Source of the DNA: Veleropilina oligotropha
Lineage: Eukaryota
Length of the DNA: 36,648 bases
Direction: 5' to 3'
Assembly (NCBI GenBank): GCA_048128005.1
Contig: JBEUKZ010000053.1
Coordinates: 62,001 to 98,648 of the forward strand
The position numbers were made by a program, and so were the translations under genes. Position 1 is the stretch's first letter. Each line of letters opens with the position of its first letter. Below, in pieces: positions 21,705-33,440 of the stretch. The notes under the pieces are model-generated. The model saw only the letters and a program-made list of their open reading frames with translations. It searched no databases and was not told the DNA's origin.

Positions 21705-23144
21705 AGAGGCAAAAATAATAAATTTGCACAATTTCAACATTTAAAATGAATGCTCCCTTCTGAAAAGATGAAAACTAGAGTAGTCTCCCTTTACTGCATG
21801 CTATTTATGATCAGGATGTTTTAACTTTGTCGTTTACTACGTCGGAGATACGTTGGCGATGCGTCAGGGAAGCGGTAGGGGGTGAGAGACTTACCCAAGG
21901 CCAAGGGCGACCTACGCTTCAACATTATCCGGAGACGGAGTTAGTGCTCAGGAGAAGCCTAGTCGGAAGGACTCTATTGGTGTAATTGAAATGTGGTGGA
22001 AACATAATTGTATAGGTTAAAGTAATAGGTTTAGGTATAAGTGATTCAGAAAGTATGTGTTTTGTAATTTGTATGTATATCTTGTTTTTGTATATAAAGT
22101 TGTTCATTTAAATATTTGTCAGCTAGTCTTTTGTGCCCTCGGCAAGTTCTTGCCGTTACACCTGGAAAACCCGAGAATGGAGGTATCAATTATGATGCTT
22201 AATTTAAAAGTTATGGTATTCCGTCTTTCGGGTGACAACCATATTTTGCGTTTTATACCATTTTGACCTTGTAATGGTGATTTGACCATAAGCTTAACCT
22301 GGAATCACAAAAATATAATGCCATGGTCGGCGTCGTCATCATTAAAAGCACCATTATGGAGGAATTATTTATTAATCTATGTTGTTTAGATTAAAGATAT
22401 AGTGTTTCGTCTTTCCGGTGACAGCCATATTGCGCGATTTTATAACATTTATTGACGTTGAAATGATTATTTGACCTTGACTTTAACCAGGAATCATGAC
22501 AATAATGTCATAATCGACTTCCTCATCATTGAAAGCCCTAAAATGGAGGTATTATTTATTAATCTATGATGTTTAACTAAAATTAATAGTTTTCGGTGTT
22601 TCTGGGGCGGATATTTTGCGCGTTTATATGCAATTTTCGAGCTTTAAATGGTGATTTGGACTTGATCTTAACCTGGAAAAGTGATATTAATGTCATTATC
22701 AATTTCCACAAACGTGAAAACCCTGAAATGGAGATATTATTTATTAGTTTATGTTGTTTGGATTAAACTTAAGTTATGGTATTCCGTTTTTCGGGTGATG
22801 ACCACATGGCTTGTTTTTGACCATTTTTGACCTTGAAACGAGGATTTGACATTGACTTTAACATAATTTCCAATATATAATGTCATAATCGACTTAATCA
22901 TGCTTGTAAACCCCAAAAAGGAGTTATTATTCACTAATATATGAGGTTCAAACATAAGTTCCTAAATGGTATTCCTTTCTTGAGATGGCAGACATTGGAT
23001 TTTTCAAATATGACCGCCAGAGGAACAGTTGAGCTTGTCTGCCGGCTGATTATTAAATATCTAGATCATATCATTCCATAATCAAAATCTCAAAAAAATG
23101 CAAAAAAGTGAACGATTTTTTTACTAATCGAAGCCCAATTACTA
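21705..23144 (-). mobile_element. Probable 5' arm of the host Academ element, ending in CTA at 23142-23144
   Basis: Contiguous with the 12315-14341 remnant once the nested element and one AGA are removed. Carries a subterminal repeat array. Minus-strand start TAGTAATTGGGCTTCG. The partner end was not found. Confidence 0.55.
22150..22960. repeat. Diverged ~185-bp tandem array (4-5 units)
   Basis: ATGGAG(G/A)TATTATT-like anchors at 22177, 22356, 22543, 22728 and 22918 (spacings 179, 187, 185, 190), with recurring TTGACCTTG and ACCTGGAA motifs. Confidence 0.8.
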
Positions 23145-23349
23145 TAGTGCGAAAAAGCCATTTTTCCTTTTTTATAATAATTATTTTGGACAAAAGTAAA
23201 GTACATCATGTTGTCAAAATGAGCCATGGCTAGCATATATTCTTTGAAAACTGTACAGAATATATCGGAAATACCAAATACACAAAAATCAAATGTGATA
23301 AAGCCGCCATTTTGAATTTTCGCCGCCATTTTGTTATTCCACCGATATA

Positions 23350-23850
23350 TTTATTATTATTATTATTATTTAATACATTTATAATGCGCCTATTCTAGTG
23401 TAGCTCTAAGCGCAGTACAAACTATAACTAATATTACAGTACAATGTACACAAGAATATACAGGAGAGACATCAATGATACATACTATGAATGCAATAAG
23501 CAATAATAATAAACAGAATATTTTTTTGTTGAGTATTTGCAATTTTATTAATTTTTTTTTTTTTACAAGCGCAATCAGACAAAGAGGTGAAGCAGCCATC
23601 AGCGTGAACTTCAACCAACTTTGAATGATACATATGATGAATGCTATAAGCAATAACAATGAACAGATGTGAAGCAGTCATTACTGTCCTCCTATTACGA
23701 TGTCAGCTGAATTGTTAGTGAGATTTGATCAGGTTGGCATATACATCAGCAAATAGGTGTGTTTTCAACGTCTTCCGAAAACTTGTCTGAGATGTGCTTT
23801 CCTTTACTTTAGATGGGAGTTTGTTCCAGAGTTTTATTGCAGACAAGCAG
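23350..23850 (-). mobile_element. 5'-truncated L2-type LINE fragment (RT C-terminus, 3' UTR and tail)
   Basis: SAIKLWNKLPSKVKESTSQTSFRKTLKTHLF in ORF 23715-23969. 3' end ATTTATAATGCGCC..GCTCTAAGCGC next to a (TTA)n run at about 23350-23370. Confidence 0.78.
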
Positions 23851-23947
23851 ATATCGAATAGAGACATAATAGGATATCCAAAAATGTATGTCTCCAAAAA
23901 TCCCAAGGGGGGGGGGGGAGCGTTTCGGTATCTGACCCATGGACTAA

Positions 23948-24230
23948 TAGTCCTGGGGCATATGTCCAAATATAAGGTTCTGTGATTTTTCTATGTAAAT
24001 TGTTGGCACCAAGTATTTTATTTATCTTGAGCGATCCGGGAAACGGAAAAATGTTGTTGCCATTTTTTTCGGAAACCTATAACTAGATGTTTTGGCAAAT
24101 AACGGGGGTGGGGGTCAAACTGCTGTCGACAAATTTTCAAAATGGAAAATATGAATAAAGTATGTCATGTAATATATCAAAATGACCAGTGAGATGCCCA
24201 TAATGGTAAAATTTTTATTCTAAAAATTGT
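23948..24230 (+). mobile_element. Isolated Academ-like terminal fragment
   Basis: TAGTCCTGGGGCATATGTC resembles TAGTGTAGGGTCATATGCC at 14342. It also shares TGCCATTTTTTT and GTCATGTA.(.)ATATCAAA.TGA (about 24164-24184) with the AcademX left end. Confidence 0.5.
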
Positions 24231-24646
24231 TAATTGACTGTCGGCATCTTAGTAAATTTGTCGCAGTTTTCTTTGTATACTTAATGGCTGATCAATAGGC
24301 TGTATCTCAGCCATGTCAACGTCTTAATTAGTCCATTGTGCGGCCGGTGGTAGTTATGGTGATAAATTGGCAATTCTATCCACGAGGGCATGCATATTCT
24401 AATTTGGGGCTGCGCCAGGATGCCTATCCGGTTTCGCGCACCTTTGAGCATGATATCATGTCTTCAATCGTATCCCACAATGCTTAGTTATTCCCAGCAT
24501 GCTATTTTACCGCCTAAATACGAATGTTCTTTGTCTGTTGTTCACTCACGAATTTGTCGTCGACAGTCACAAGTACTTGAATTTTCTTGACAAGTACTTG
24601 AATTTTCTTCTTGCGAATATGTATTCCGTTTAGTCAATCGTTATTG

Positions 24647-26820
24647 ATGAACACTCGAAGTGCCAGTAAAAGCGGTAATCGACATACCGATACACACGTA
24701 GAACGTATACATGTAATGGATTCGGACGTAACTGCAGTAGATAAAAAGGTAGCTGGTCGTTTCGGTCCCAGTCCATCCGGTCCCAGTCTATTTCGGCCCC
24801 AGTCTATATCGGTCCCAGTCATAATGGCTATAGATTTACTAATTTATGTCCCGAGTTATTGTATATCCAGAGTTACTTATATCCCGAGTTCTTCTATATC
24901 CTGAGTTATTGATATAAATAATATTTCAACTCATTAATACAGTTTTATTATCTATTTTATAGGTGTCGGGAATCGCAGAATATATAAGGTTAATTCGAGA
25001 GACATGGCATGCTGTTTGAAGGAACGAACCCGCTAGAAGATACTAAAATATTGTATATTGTAATATTATGCACATAAATATATCCATGAAAACGAATTGT
25101 TTTCGAAGCTATATCCCATTAAAATGTATCTGCATATATTATATTCCTTTACGCTGCTATGTATAATGTATATGATGTAGCCTATGTAACATATTGACTT
25201 CGGAATAAATATGATCCAAATGAAAAATATGTAGTATACACTAATTACAGTTTACGACACGCAATCAATCATAATTGGTGAATATTAATCCGTCGGGTGG
25301 TCAATATTAACACGTGAGTACAGACTCAGTTGTTTATTAATCCCCAAATGCCGGCAAGTGTCACCTTTAATTACTTGATAAGTGATCACTTGCATAGAAT
25401 AATGAATACATACTCAAGAAAAAATAATATATATTGACATGGATGTATACTCAAGAAAAAATAATATATATTGACATGGATGTTCCTTGGTCATCATCAG
25501 TAAATGCTGTACACTGTAGGATCAATAAAAGTATATTTGTATATAATAGTTTTGTTAGATACTTCTTAAATACAGCACAAATGTTTGTGTATTTCATTTA
25601 TAGATGTATATAGACCTACATGCATATTTGTTTATAATAATACTAGTCAAGTAGGCCTACTACTACTCAATAAATACATGTTTCTTTTTCTATAAGGTTT
25701 ATTTTTATATAAAAGTATAGTTAAATACTGAATAAATACATTATAAATATAGCGCGAATGTTTTCTGTAAGCTTTGTTTATATGCGGGACCGATTTAGAC
25801 TGGGACCGATTTAGACTGGGACCGATATAGACTGGGACCGAAATGACTGGTAATCGATAAAAAAACCCGCTATGGATAACGCCGTTGATTTAGATCAGCA
25901 ACTTGCGGCGCTTTAAAAAGAGGAAGAACGGTTGAAGAAATTACTTCGGGTGAAAGAAAAGAAAGACGATATCGCGAATTTGAAGGCCCAGTTGGAAGCT
26001 CCTGCAGCGGTGCGTAGTTCCCCTCAACAGACGGATTATCGGGATCCTTCAACTTCGATGAATCTAACGGAGCTGAGGCAAATGGAATCGCTGGTAGGCG
26101 AAGCGGAACGTCATCTGTCAACGGTATTAAGCGCAAACGATGCACAAAACATCATCCAGAGTAGCAACACGCCGGCAGTAGCCGTTGCAGGTAAGCCTTC
26201 CGATTCTCTTGATAAGCCGTTAAAATCCGGACAAGAGCTTAAATTAACCGATAACGTCCAGAAACAATTGGTTTGGCCTCACACGAAACTGCGTTATCAG
26301 TTTGCATGCAGGCGAGCATTTGAAATATAGCGAGCTTGACTTCGCCTTGTTAGTCGCGGGAGAACTGGCTATAGTGAACTCCGCGCAGACCTCTGAACAG
26401 GAGAGAAAAGGCAGATTGGAACTATTGGCGGCTGTGTGTTACCACAGTAAAATATATGACTGGAAGGCATGTTTAACATTCCACTCAACATGCCTGTTGG
26501 AAGTAGAGCGCGGAGAGAGATGCTGGGGTGGACGCGAATCATTTCTCCCTGTAGAAGCAAGTACGCTGTACCATCACCCCATTAACCAACCGCAGCTACA
26601 TTCGAGTGTGCGCAAGACTGCACTGTCGTCGGCTAAAACGTATTTTTGCAAGCCGTACCAAACGGGTAAATGCAAATCCGCAGGTCCCCACGAAGCGCTC
26701 GTCTTTGGACAAAAGCGCACGGTCGAACATATCTGTGCTTCGTGTTACTTAAAAGAAGGCATCGTGCGCAATCATCCGGAAAATCGTGATTGTCCGAACT
26801 CAACAGTAAACAAAGCCTGA
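24647..26820 (+). pseudogene. Ngaro-like gag (ORF1), disrupted by a MITE, a stop (25914-25916) and a frameshift (about 26300)
   Basis: MNTRS..AVDKK before the MITE; after it a coiled coil (LDQQLAAL*KEEERLKK), LVWPH, YDWKACLTFH..EVERG and CKPYQTGKC..H..HICASC..H..C. Confidence 0.7.
24747..25856. mobile_element. Non-autonomous DNA transposon with ~15-16-bp tandem subterminal repeats (superfamily unassigned)
   Basis: Left (CGGTCCCAGTC)x4 at about 24762-24820 and right inverted (GACTGGGACCG)x3-4 at about 25786-25841. TSD is ATAAAA (24741-24746 and 25857-25862), or GATAAAAA if each end is 1 nt shorter. Confidence 0.8.
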
Positions 26821-26940
26821 CGGGCGCGATGCAGTAATCGGTCAAGATGTATTTCGGGCGTTCGCACGGTAGATTCCGCGATACATAACCATCAAGCGGG
26901 TAATTCGTCGGAATATCATTCATCGAATAACAAGGAAAGT

Positions 26941-28440
26941 GTGTTTATTGAAAATATGGAAGCAAGTGTGTTTATTGACCCGATTGGGTCTAGTGTTACG
27001 GCTCTTGAAGCCAGTGTCTTTTGTGATTCGACAACAGATAACGTCGTCGATTCCAGTGTTTTTAGTGATTCGTGTATGGAAGCTAATTCGCATAACGATC
27101 CCACGAGTGTAAATGGATTAAGTCGAGCTCACGTGTGTACTGCTTCCCCAGATGATCCACGGAATTGTGTTGTCGATGATATCGAGTGTGACAATTTGCC
27201 GATTACTGATGTTGCGGGATTTTACGTCTTTGGGAGTACAGAGCGTGTACCCATTTGGACACCTGCTTATGCGCGGATTAATCTGGCGAAAACGTTTTCG
27301 TTTACTCCGAGTGAATTGTCGCAGTGGCCCCCTACACCGGTGCCTAACGTGCAATTGTTTGTTGATATGCATGATGCCATTTATTCATCAGGTATGCCTA
27401 ATTTTTTAGGTTGCAAATTGACTGTACCCTCTGAAATTAACATTTCATTTTTACGTTCTGTTCTACATGATTATCACGATGCAGTTATTGTCGATTATTT
27501 GCAGTTCGGGTGGCCGCTGGGATATTGTAAAACTCAATTACCAGTGTGTGGACAACGCAATCACGCTGGCGCATTGCAATTTGCTTCACACATAGATAAT
27601 TATTTAGTTAAGGAAATTTCTATGAACGGTGTACTAAGACCTTTTCATGAGAATCCTTTTAGCTGCCCGCTTACGTTATCACCATTGAACTCTGTTCCGA
27701 AGGGCGATTCTTCTGACCGACGTATTATTTTGGATCTGAGTTATCCAGAGGGTTTTTCAGTCAATGAGGGAATACCCAGAGACACCTACTTGGGCGTCAC
27801 ATATGAGTTAACCTATCCTACAGTTGACACCTTTGGGGATTTAATTACTTCCAAAGGAATTGGTTGTTTACTATATAAGCGTGATCTCCGGCGCGCTTAC
27901 AGACAGTTCCCTGTGGACCCAGGTGACTTGCACCTTCTGGGTTATTCCTGGCGGGGAAAAATATTTGTGGACAACGTGTTAGCCATGGGGTTGCGGTCAG
28001 CAGCTATGATGTGTCAAAGGGTAACATCAGCAATAGCTTATTTATGTTCAGTTTCTGATTATAACGTTTGCAATTATCTTGATGACTTTGCTGGCGCTGA
28101 ATCGCCAGAGAAAGCTAATAAAGCCTATGAATATTTACAAAACACTTTAAGTAGTGCGGGGCTGGAAGAAGCGAGGGATAAATCGGTATCACCGACGCAT
28201 CGAATGACCTTTTTAGGTGTGCTGTTTGACTCTATTACTATGACAAGAGAGGTTACGCCTACGAGATTGATAGAAATATCAGATTTGATTAAAGACTGGT
28301 TGTCCAGAAGTACATGCACAAAACAGCAACTTCAGTCTCTTATTGGGAAGCTTCAATTTGTAGCCAAATGCGTGCCTCCAGGTAGACTTTTTGTATCTAG
28401 AATGTTGTGCAAGTTGGGTGAACTGAGACGACCGCAGTAG
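26941..28440 (+). pseudogene. DIRS/Ngaro-type reverse transcriptase, 3'-truncated by an insertion
   Basis: Motifs SPLNSVPK, RIILDLSYP..SVNEGI, DLRRAYRQ, MGLRSA, YLDDF, FLGV, LQSLIGKLQF..PGRLF. The terminal TAG (28438-28440) lies within the AGTAGT of the next element. Confidence 0.88.
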
Positions 28441-29561
28441 TATCTACTCCACCCTGGACCGCTTCCGGTGCCTTAGGGCATTTTCGTTGACGCATGCGCA
28501 GTGTTGTATTATGGGTAATGTATTGTCGGTTTCCTTTGTTCCTTACTATCAATCAGCATCGAGGGGGGCGTGTCTAGCGAACTTCCTTTGTTCCGTACTG
28601 TCCAATGATATTATCGGGATTATGGTCCACTTTCGGTGGCGCAGTGGGGAATTATAGCGAACACCTGCTATCTCTTATCCAATGATATCGAACTCCTTTG
28701 TTCTCGGGTTTTACATAACATCTGCTAGAGGCCATTACATAACATCTGCGCCATCTTTGCATCAGTGAGATCGAAATCGAGTACAACGTGGAAGACCTGT
28801 TAAAATCCAACCAAACAACAACATCTTTGCATCGTTGAAGGAAATAGGACAATTTTGCATCGAGGTAAATATATATAATTGCTAGGAAAACTATGGTTTT
28901 ATATTCATCAGTAGAAATATGTATAAAGTATATACATCAATTTTTGCATCGAGGTAAATATATATAATTGCTAGGAAAACTATGGTTTATATTCATCGGT
29001 AGAAATATGTATATATGTCTGACGTATAATATATTCCCCGGCATCAGTTTAATTGTATAATGTTCCTTTCCAGCATTATGACGAGAAACTGGACGAAAGG
29101 AGCATCATTAATTCACTGATAACAATGGACAATATGCATTAACTGTGGATAAGGTAAGATATTTCAGTCATATATATATATATGTATTCGGAATTCATAA
29201 AACATCCGTTATTAAGAGTGTCAGTACATCAAGGAACAGCTACTGTATACTGTATTTCTTTGTTAAACAGCAAACATATAAATTACTCGGTATCATTCAT
29301 GACGGATAACTGATACCTCACAAATCTGAATTAGTTACGATATCAACACTAGACTGATTGCATATCGGAATTCTCAGGCGATATAGCGCCATTTTGACCA
29401 GTAAGTTCTCTATGATCAGAATAATTAATATCTGAAGTTTTGTATCATCGTATTTGACTGTATCAGTAAAAATATATCTATATAGTTTTGTATATATTTC
29501 CCTAGGTAAAAACCACCGATGCCATATATATATATATATATATAAAACTAACGTTTCTTTT

Positions 29562-29662
29562 CCAGAAACCGGCCGAGGTGCATGGGTTTCACCGGGTAAT
29601 CCGGGTTTCCTCCCACCGTAATACGGAATAGTCTCGATATAGCCCGAATGGTGCATTAAATG
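29562..29662 (+). mobile_element. SINE fragment with V-SINE-like core
   Basis: Core-like sequence GGGTTTCACCGGGTAATCCGGGTTTCCTCCCAC; no tRNA head visible. Confidence 0.5.
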
Positions 29663-30152
29663 GGCCGAAAAATAGCCAGAATTATTATGATTGATCGAGA
29701 AACTGACACAAAGGACCGAACAATATGCAGTAACGTTTTACATGGATTACCTCGATATTTTGGAATATTAAGTACAATGGAGTGCAATCGGATCGTGTAA
29801 ATACTGGATGAATGGAAGGTAAGATATTTACAATATTGTCAGTTATAGTGTAACTCATTGAATAAACCGGTGATAATGACTAAAAAAACACATGGAAGAA
29901 ATATAATATTTAATAAAGCATGTAGAAATCTACTAATTATATATCTATCTAAATACATATAAAATGTGAACAGTTTAAATTTATGGTATGCGTATATTTG
30001 ATCACAGCCATGGTAATGTCGTCTCCTAGCCAGCATAACGCATGCACTTATATTCGGATATAAAGACGCTCCATATTGTCCTTTTTTATTATTAAAATAA
30101 TTATATACAGTGATAGCTAGTTTATATAATGTGTAATCCATTTTTTTTTATG

Positions 30153-30158
<6 letters not shown>

Positions 30159-30228
<70 letters not shown>
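30159..30228. repeat. (TA)n microsatellite
   Basis: About 35 uninterrupted TA units. Shorter runs at about 29524-29543, 31533-31570 and 35057-35073. Confidence 0.95.
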
Positions 30229-30230
<2 letters not shown>

Positions 30231-31530
30231 CTATATATGTATTGTTTGTAATGGTACATATTTATTCACAGATTAATTAACATGCAATATCGCCATAATG
30301 TGTTATTCAATTATCTTAAAAATAAAAATAAATAACTGAAGATTCAGTATTATTGTAGGAACTTAGTTAGTTTAAACAATATATATTGACGAAACAACAC
30401 AAACAAACAATTCTTCTGATAGTACAAAAAAGACTATAAAGCGTATAAATAAATATCTTATTACTAATTATAATAAAGGCTTGTATCTCCAAATTGGTTG
30501 TGTTTAAGCTTGCAAATGTGAGTTGTATTGTTATATTAATATTTACCCAATGCCACAATAATACGCAATCGTTGGAATATGTACATATTATCGTATAATA
30601 CTTACGTCCCAGTATTCGTTATATATGTGCGTTTTGACAGTGAATATCAACAGCCGCCATGTTTTTTCTTTGTTTAAAAGCTCCAGTATTTTGGTAATTG
30701 CACAGTGAATCAGAATCAGTAAATCAAGAACGCTTAAGAAATGCCATGTTAACCATTAAGATAACGAACATTTGTTATAAATATCAGTCGTATCATGCGG
30801 TAAAGTAAATCCATTATGTTTAAATCCAAATAAAATGACATCTTTCTGAAACCCCATATTTTGTACATTTAAAATGCACACCTTATCAGTGACTTCATTT
30901 CACATGTCGTCAGACCTGTCATGATATGGACGCCTGCATCTCATTAAGTCTGAGTGCACCTGTATAACAATGCGACACCTGTCTGCATTGATATTGACGC
31001 CTGCAGCGCATTAAAGCTGAGTGGTCTTGCATAACAATGCGCCAACTGCCGGCATGTTAATTACAAGAGGGCATTAATTGCTATAGGCAATGTGGTTAAT
31101 TTAATGTAATTAATTCTACATCAGACAGCTTGTGTATCTCAGCTAAGTGGAAATAATAATTACAGACATCTAAACGTAAATAGCGTTTTAAAATTATGAT
31201 ATAAATGTCCCTTATATACACATACAGGATATACATATATTTAGTTTAATAAAAAAAATATTCAGTTACATGTGCGAATATCATCACTAACCTCAAGATA
31301 GCTGTCATAAATATTATATGTGAGTAGACATTAAGTTATGGCTTTATCCTTAAAAAACAAACAGTCGAGCATAATAATAATTATGAATATATATTATATA
31401 GACACACATACATGAATCCAATATTATAATAATATACTATTTTATATCTAACACCTATCCGTATGTATGTAAGAACATTATATTGCATAAATAAGTGTAA
31501 TAATCTTCATTATAACCGTACTCACACATG

Positions 31531-31574
<44 letters not shown>

Positions 31575-31803
31575 ATCGCAAATCTTGTCTGTCAATATTA
31601 TTTCATATGTGACTACAAGCATGTATTTGTTTAATAAATATGAATGAATATATTTTATAAAAATAATTTCAGAGAGATAATCACTTGTTAGCCCTAATTG
31701 ACCGAAATAGTGTCCCGTCTGCGTGTCGGACAAAGGGCTGTCATTGTAATACATTATTGTACTATTGCTAGTATATAGGGCCGGCAAGAGTTATGCCCCA
31801 TAG

Positions 31804-31878
31804 AATAAAAAATATCGCATGGTCTACACTAAAAGGGCTAACTTAAACGATTTGAACACCTTACCGTACGGATATTAA
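31804..31878 (+). pseudogene. Extreme C-terminus of a Polinton pPolB
   Basis: NKKYRMVYTKRANLNDLNTLPYGY* parallels KKEYRIVYTKRRLLPNFDTL at the end of the 33437-34089 fragment. Confidence 0.7.
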
Positions 31879-32035
31879 ATCTCATAGAGACAGATATTTA
31901 CGTACAGATTTCTTGGCCTTTGATAAAATTATGTTTAAATTATTCGAGTCTAGATAAATAATGTCTAATTTATCTCTCGAGAGAGTTTTTATTAAACTTT
32001 TTTTTTGTCCAACGAATAAATCTTTCGAATAATTT
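31831..32035 (+). repeat. Inverted repeat copy 1 (pPolB tail plus downstream region); partner at 36320-36529
   Basis: TTTGATAAAATTATGTTTAAATTATTCGAGTCTAGATAAATAATGTCTAATTTATCTCTCGAGAGAGTTTTT is found exactly, reverse-complemented, at about 36364-36435. Confidence 0.9.
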
Positions 32036-32386
32036 CTATATACAAAAATATGTGTATGTGCGTAAAAATGGTGATTTTGTGGATTTCTTCTGGTACATGG
32101 TACACTTATAGCAATGATTATGCTCTATTTGTATCATTTATATAAATATGTGTGCATTTCTAACGCAAGTCATAGTTTTGGTTTAATGGGGCAGCCATTT
32201 TGGATTTGACCAATAAAGTAATACTAATTGAAATAACATAAGGAAATATGATAGTATGGTTACTTACATATCCAATAGTACATTGAGATATATTTATGGA
32301 CCAAATATGACATCAGTCCTCAGTGGACGATATCATGCAGTCAGTTAAATGCAAGTAATATATATATATATTTTATTTTCTTATAG

Positions 32387-32722
32387 ATGGATTTTGTTGA
32401 ACTGCTTGCGTCGGTAACTGACGTCACTGAATTACGAGAGTTTTCAACATTATGGGGTTTGGAAAGTGACCCTCGAATTGTAGCGAGACTGTATGAACTT
32501 AACTGGAACGAAATCCGTGATGAAATTTGTAATGATAACACATCTTGTAGTAATTCAGTATCCATAACCGAATCATTACTAGATTTTGTAACTGATTTTC
32601 CGAGCACGCATGAGATTGAACAGGAAGTAACTGAAACCCCCCTCTGCAAAAAGACAAAAAACTTTAAACTGAAATGGACAATTAGATTTATAGGTCTGAT
32701 GTTGACTTGCACTACACTTTGA
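32387..32722 (+). CDS. Uncharacterised acidic ORF or exon in the Polinton-derived region
   Basis: 111-aa ATG ORF directly after a pyrimidine tract + AG (TTTTCTTATAG). No recognised motif. Confidence 0.25.
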   Translation: MDFVELLASVTDVTELREFSTLWGLESDPRIVARLYELNWNEIRDEICNDNTSCSNSVSITESLLDFVTDFPSTHEIEQEVTETPLCKKTKNFKLKWTIRFIGLMLTCTTL

Positions 32723-33142
32723 TTTACATCTTATTTGTACGAAGAAGAAATGTGTACAAAACGGAAATATTTGCATTCGGAGCCAATACGTGCATATGGA
32801 TTCAATGTATCACACCAGGATGTAAACCATAATAATATTTCTTTAAAGTTTGGTTGATGTTTGTATCATAATAATGGAGAACACTGTGTATCATTCAAGA
32901 AACTAGGTGACAAGAACATTCGAATATCATTGTGGAATATTTCACATACGTTATCAGTAGGTTATGATCATTATAATGCAACTATTATCGATTATGAAAC
33001 AATTATTGTTGTGTTTAATGTCTAAACAAGTCACTAAGAAGCAAAGATTTGTACAAATTGCTTTCATAATTGCCTTTGTCAATGGATGTCAATAAATCTT
33101 TTGAATATAAGATCTTGTTATTAGTTTAATCATTAATATGGC

Positions 33143-33440
33143 ATGAGCATGGTAGAAGCGTACTTGAAAAAGCTGTGGTAGATCCAAAGTATGGCTTTGA
33201 CGGTCCAGACAAACTACACAAACTTGTACAAAAACAGCGAAAATTCAAAATTAGTAAGAAAAAGATCGATCAATTGGTTACAGAATCAAGATGCTTACAG
33301 TTTACAAAAAGGAGTGATACGGAAATTTAAGCGAAGTAGAGTTATAGTGGCAGGAATAGATTCGATGTTTGATGGTGATTTAGCCGATATGCAAAATGTA
33401 TCCAAATACAATGATGACATTACATTTTTGCTCATAGTCA
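33143..33440 (+). pseudogene. Polinton retroviral-like integrase, N-terminal fragment
   Basis: Frame-broken MSMVEAYLKKLW..DPKYGFDGPDKL..WLQNQDAYSLQK..RKFKRSRVIVAGIDSMFDGDLADMQNVSKYND..FLLIV. It ends shortly after the first catalytic Asp region. Confidence 0.82.

Larger units (their letters stand above)
24280..28435 (+). mobile_element. DIRS-order (Ngaro-like) retrotransposon, 5' part; left boundary approximate
   Basis: A gag-like ORF with a C-terminal Cys/His finger is followed by a DIRS/Ngaro-type RT. RNase H and tyrosine recombinase are absent from the window. Confidence 0.8.
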
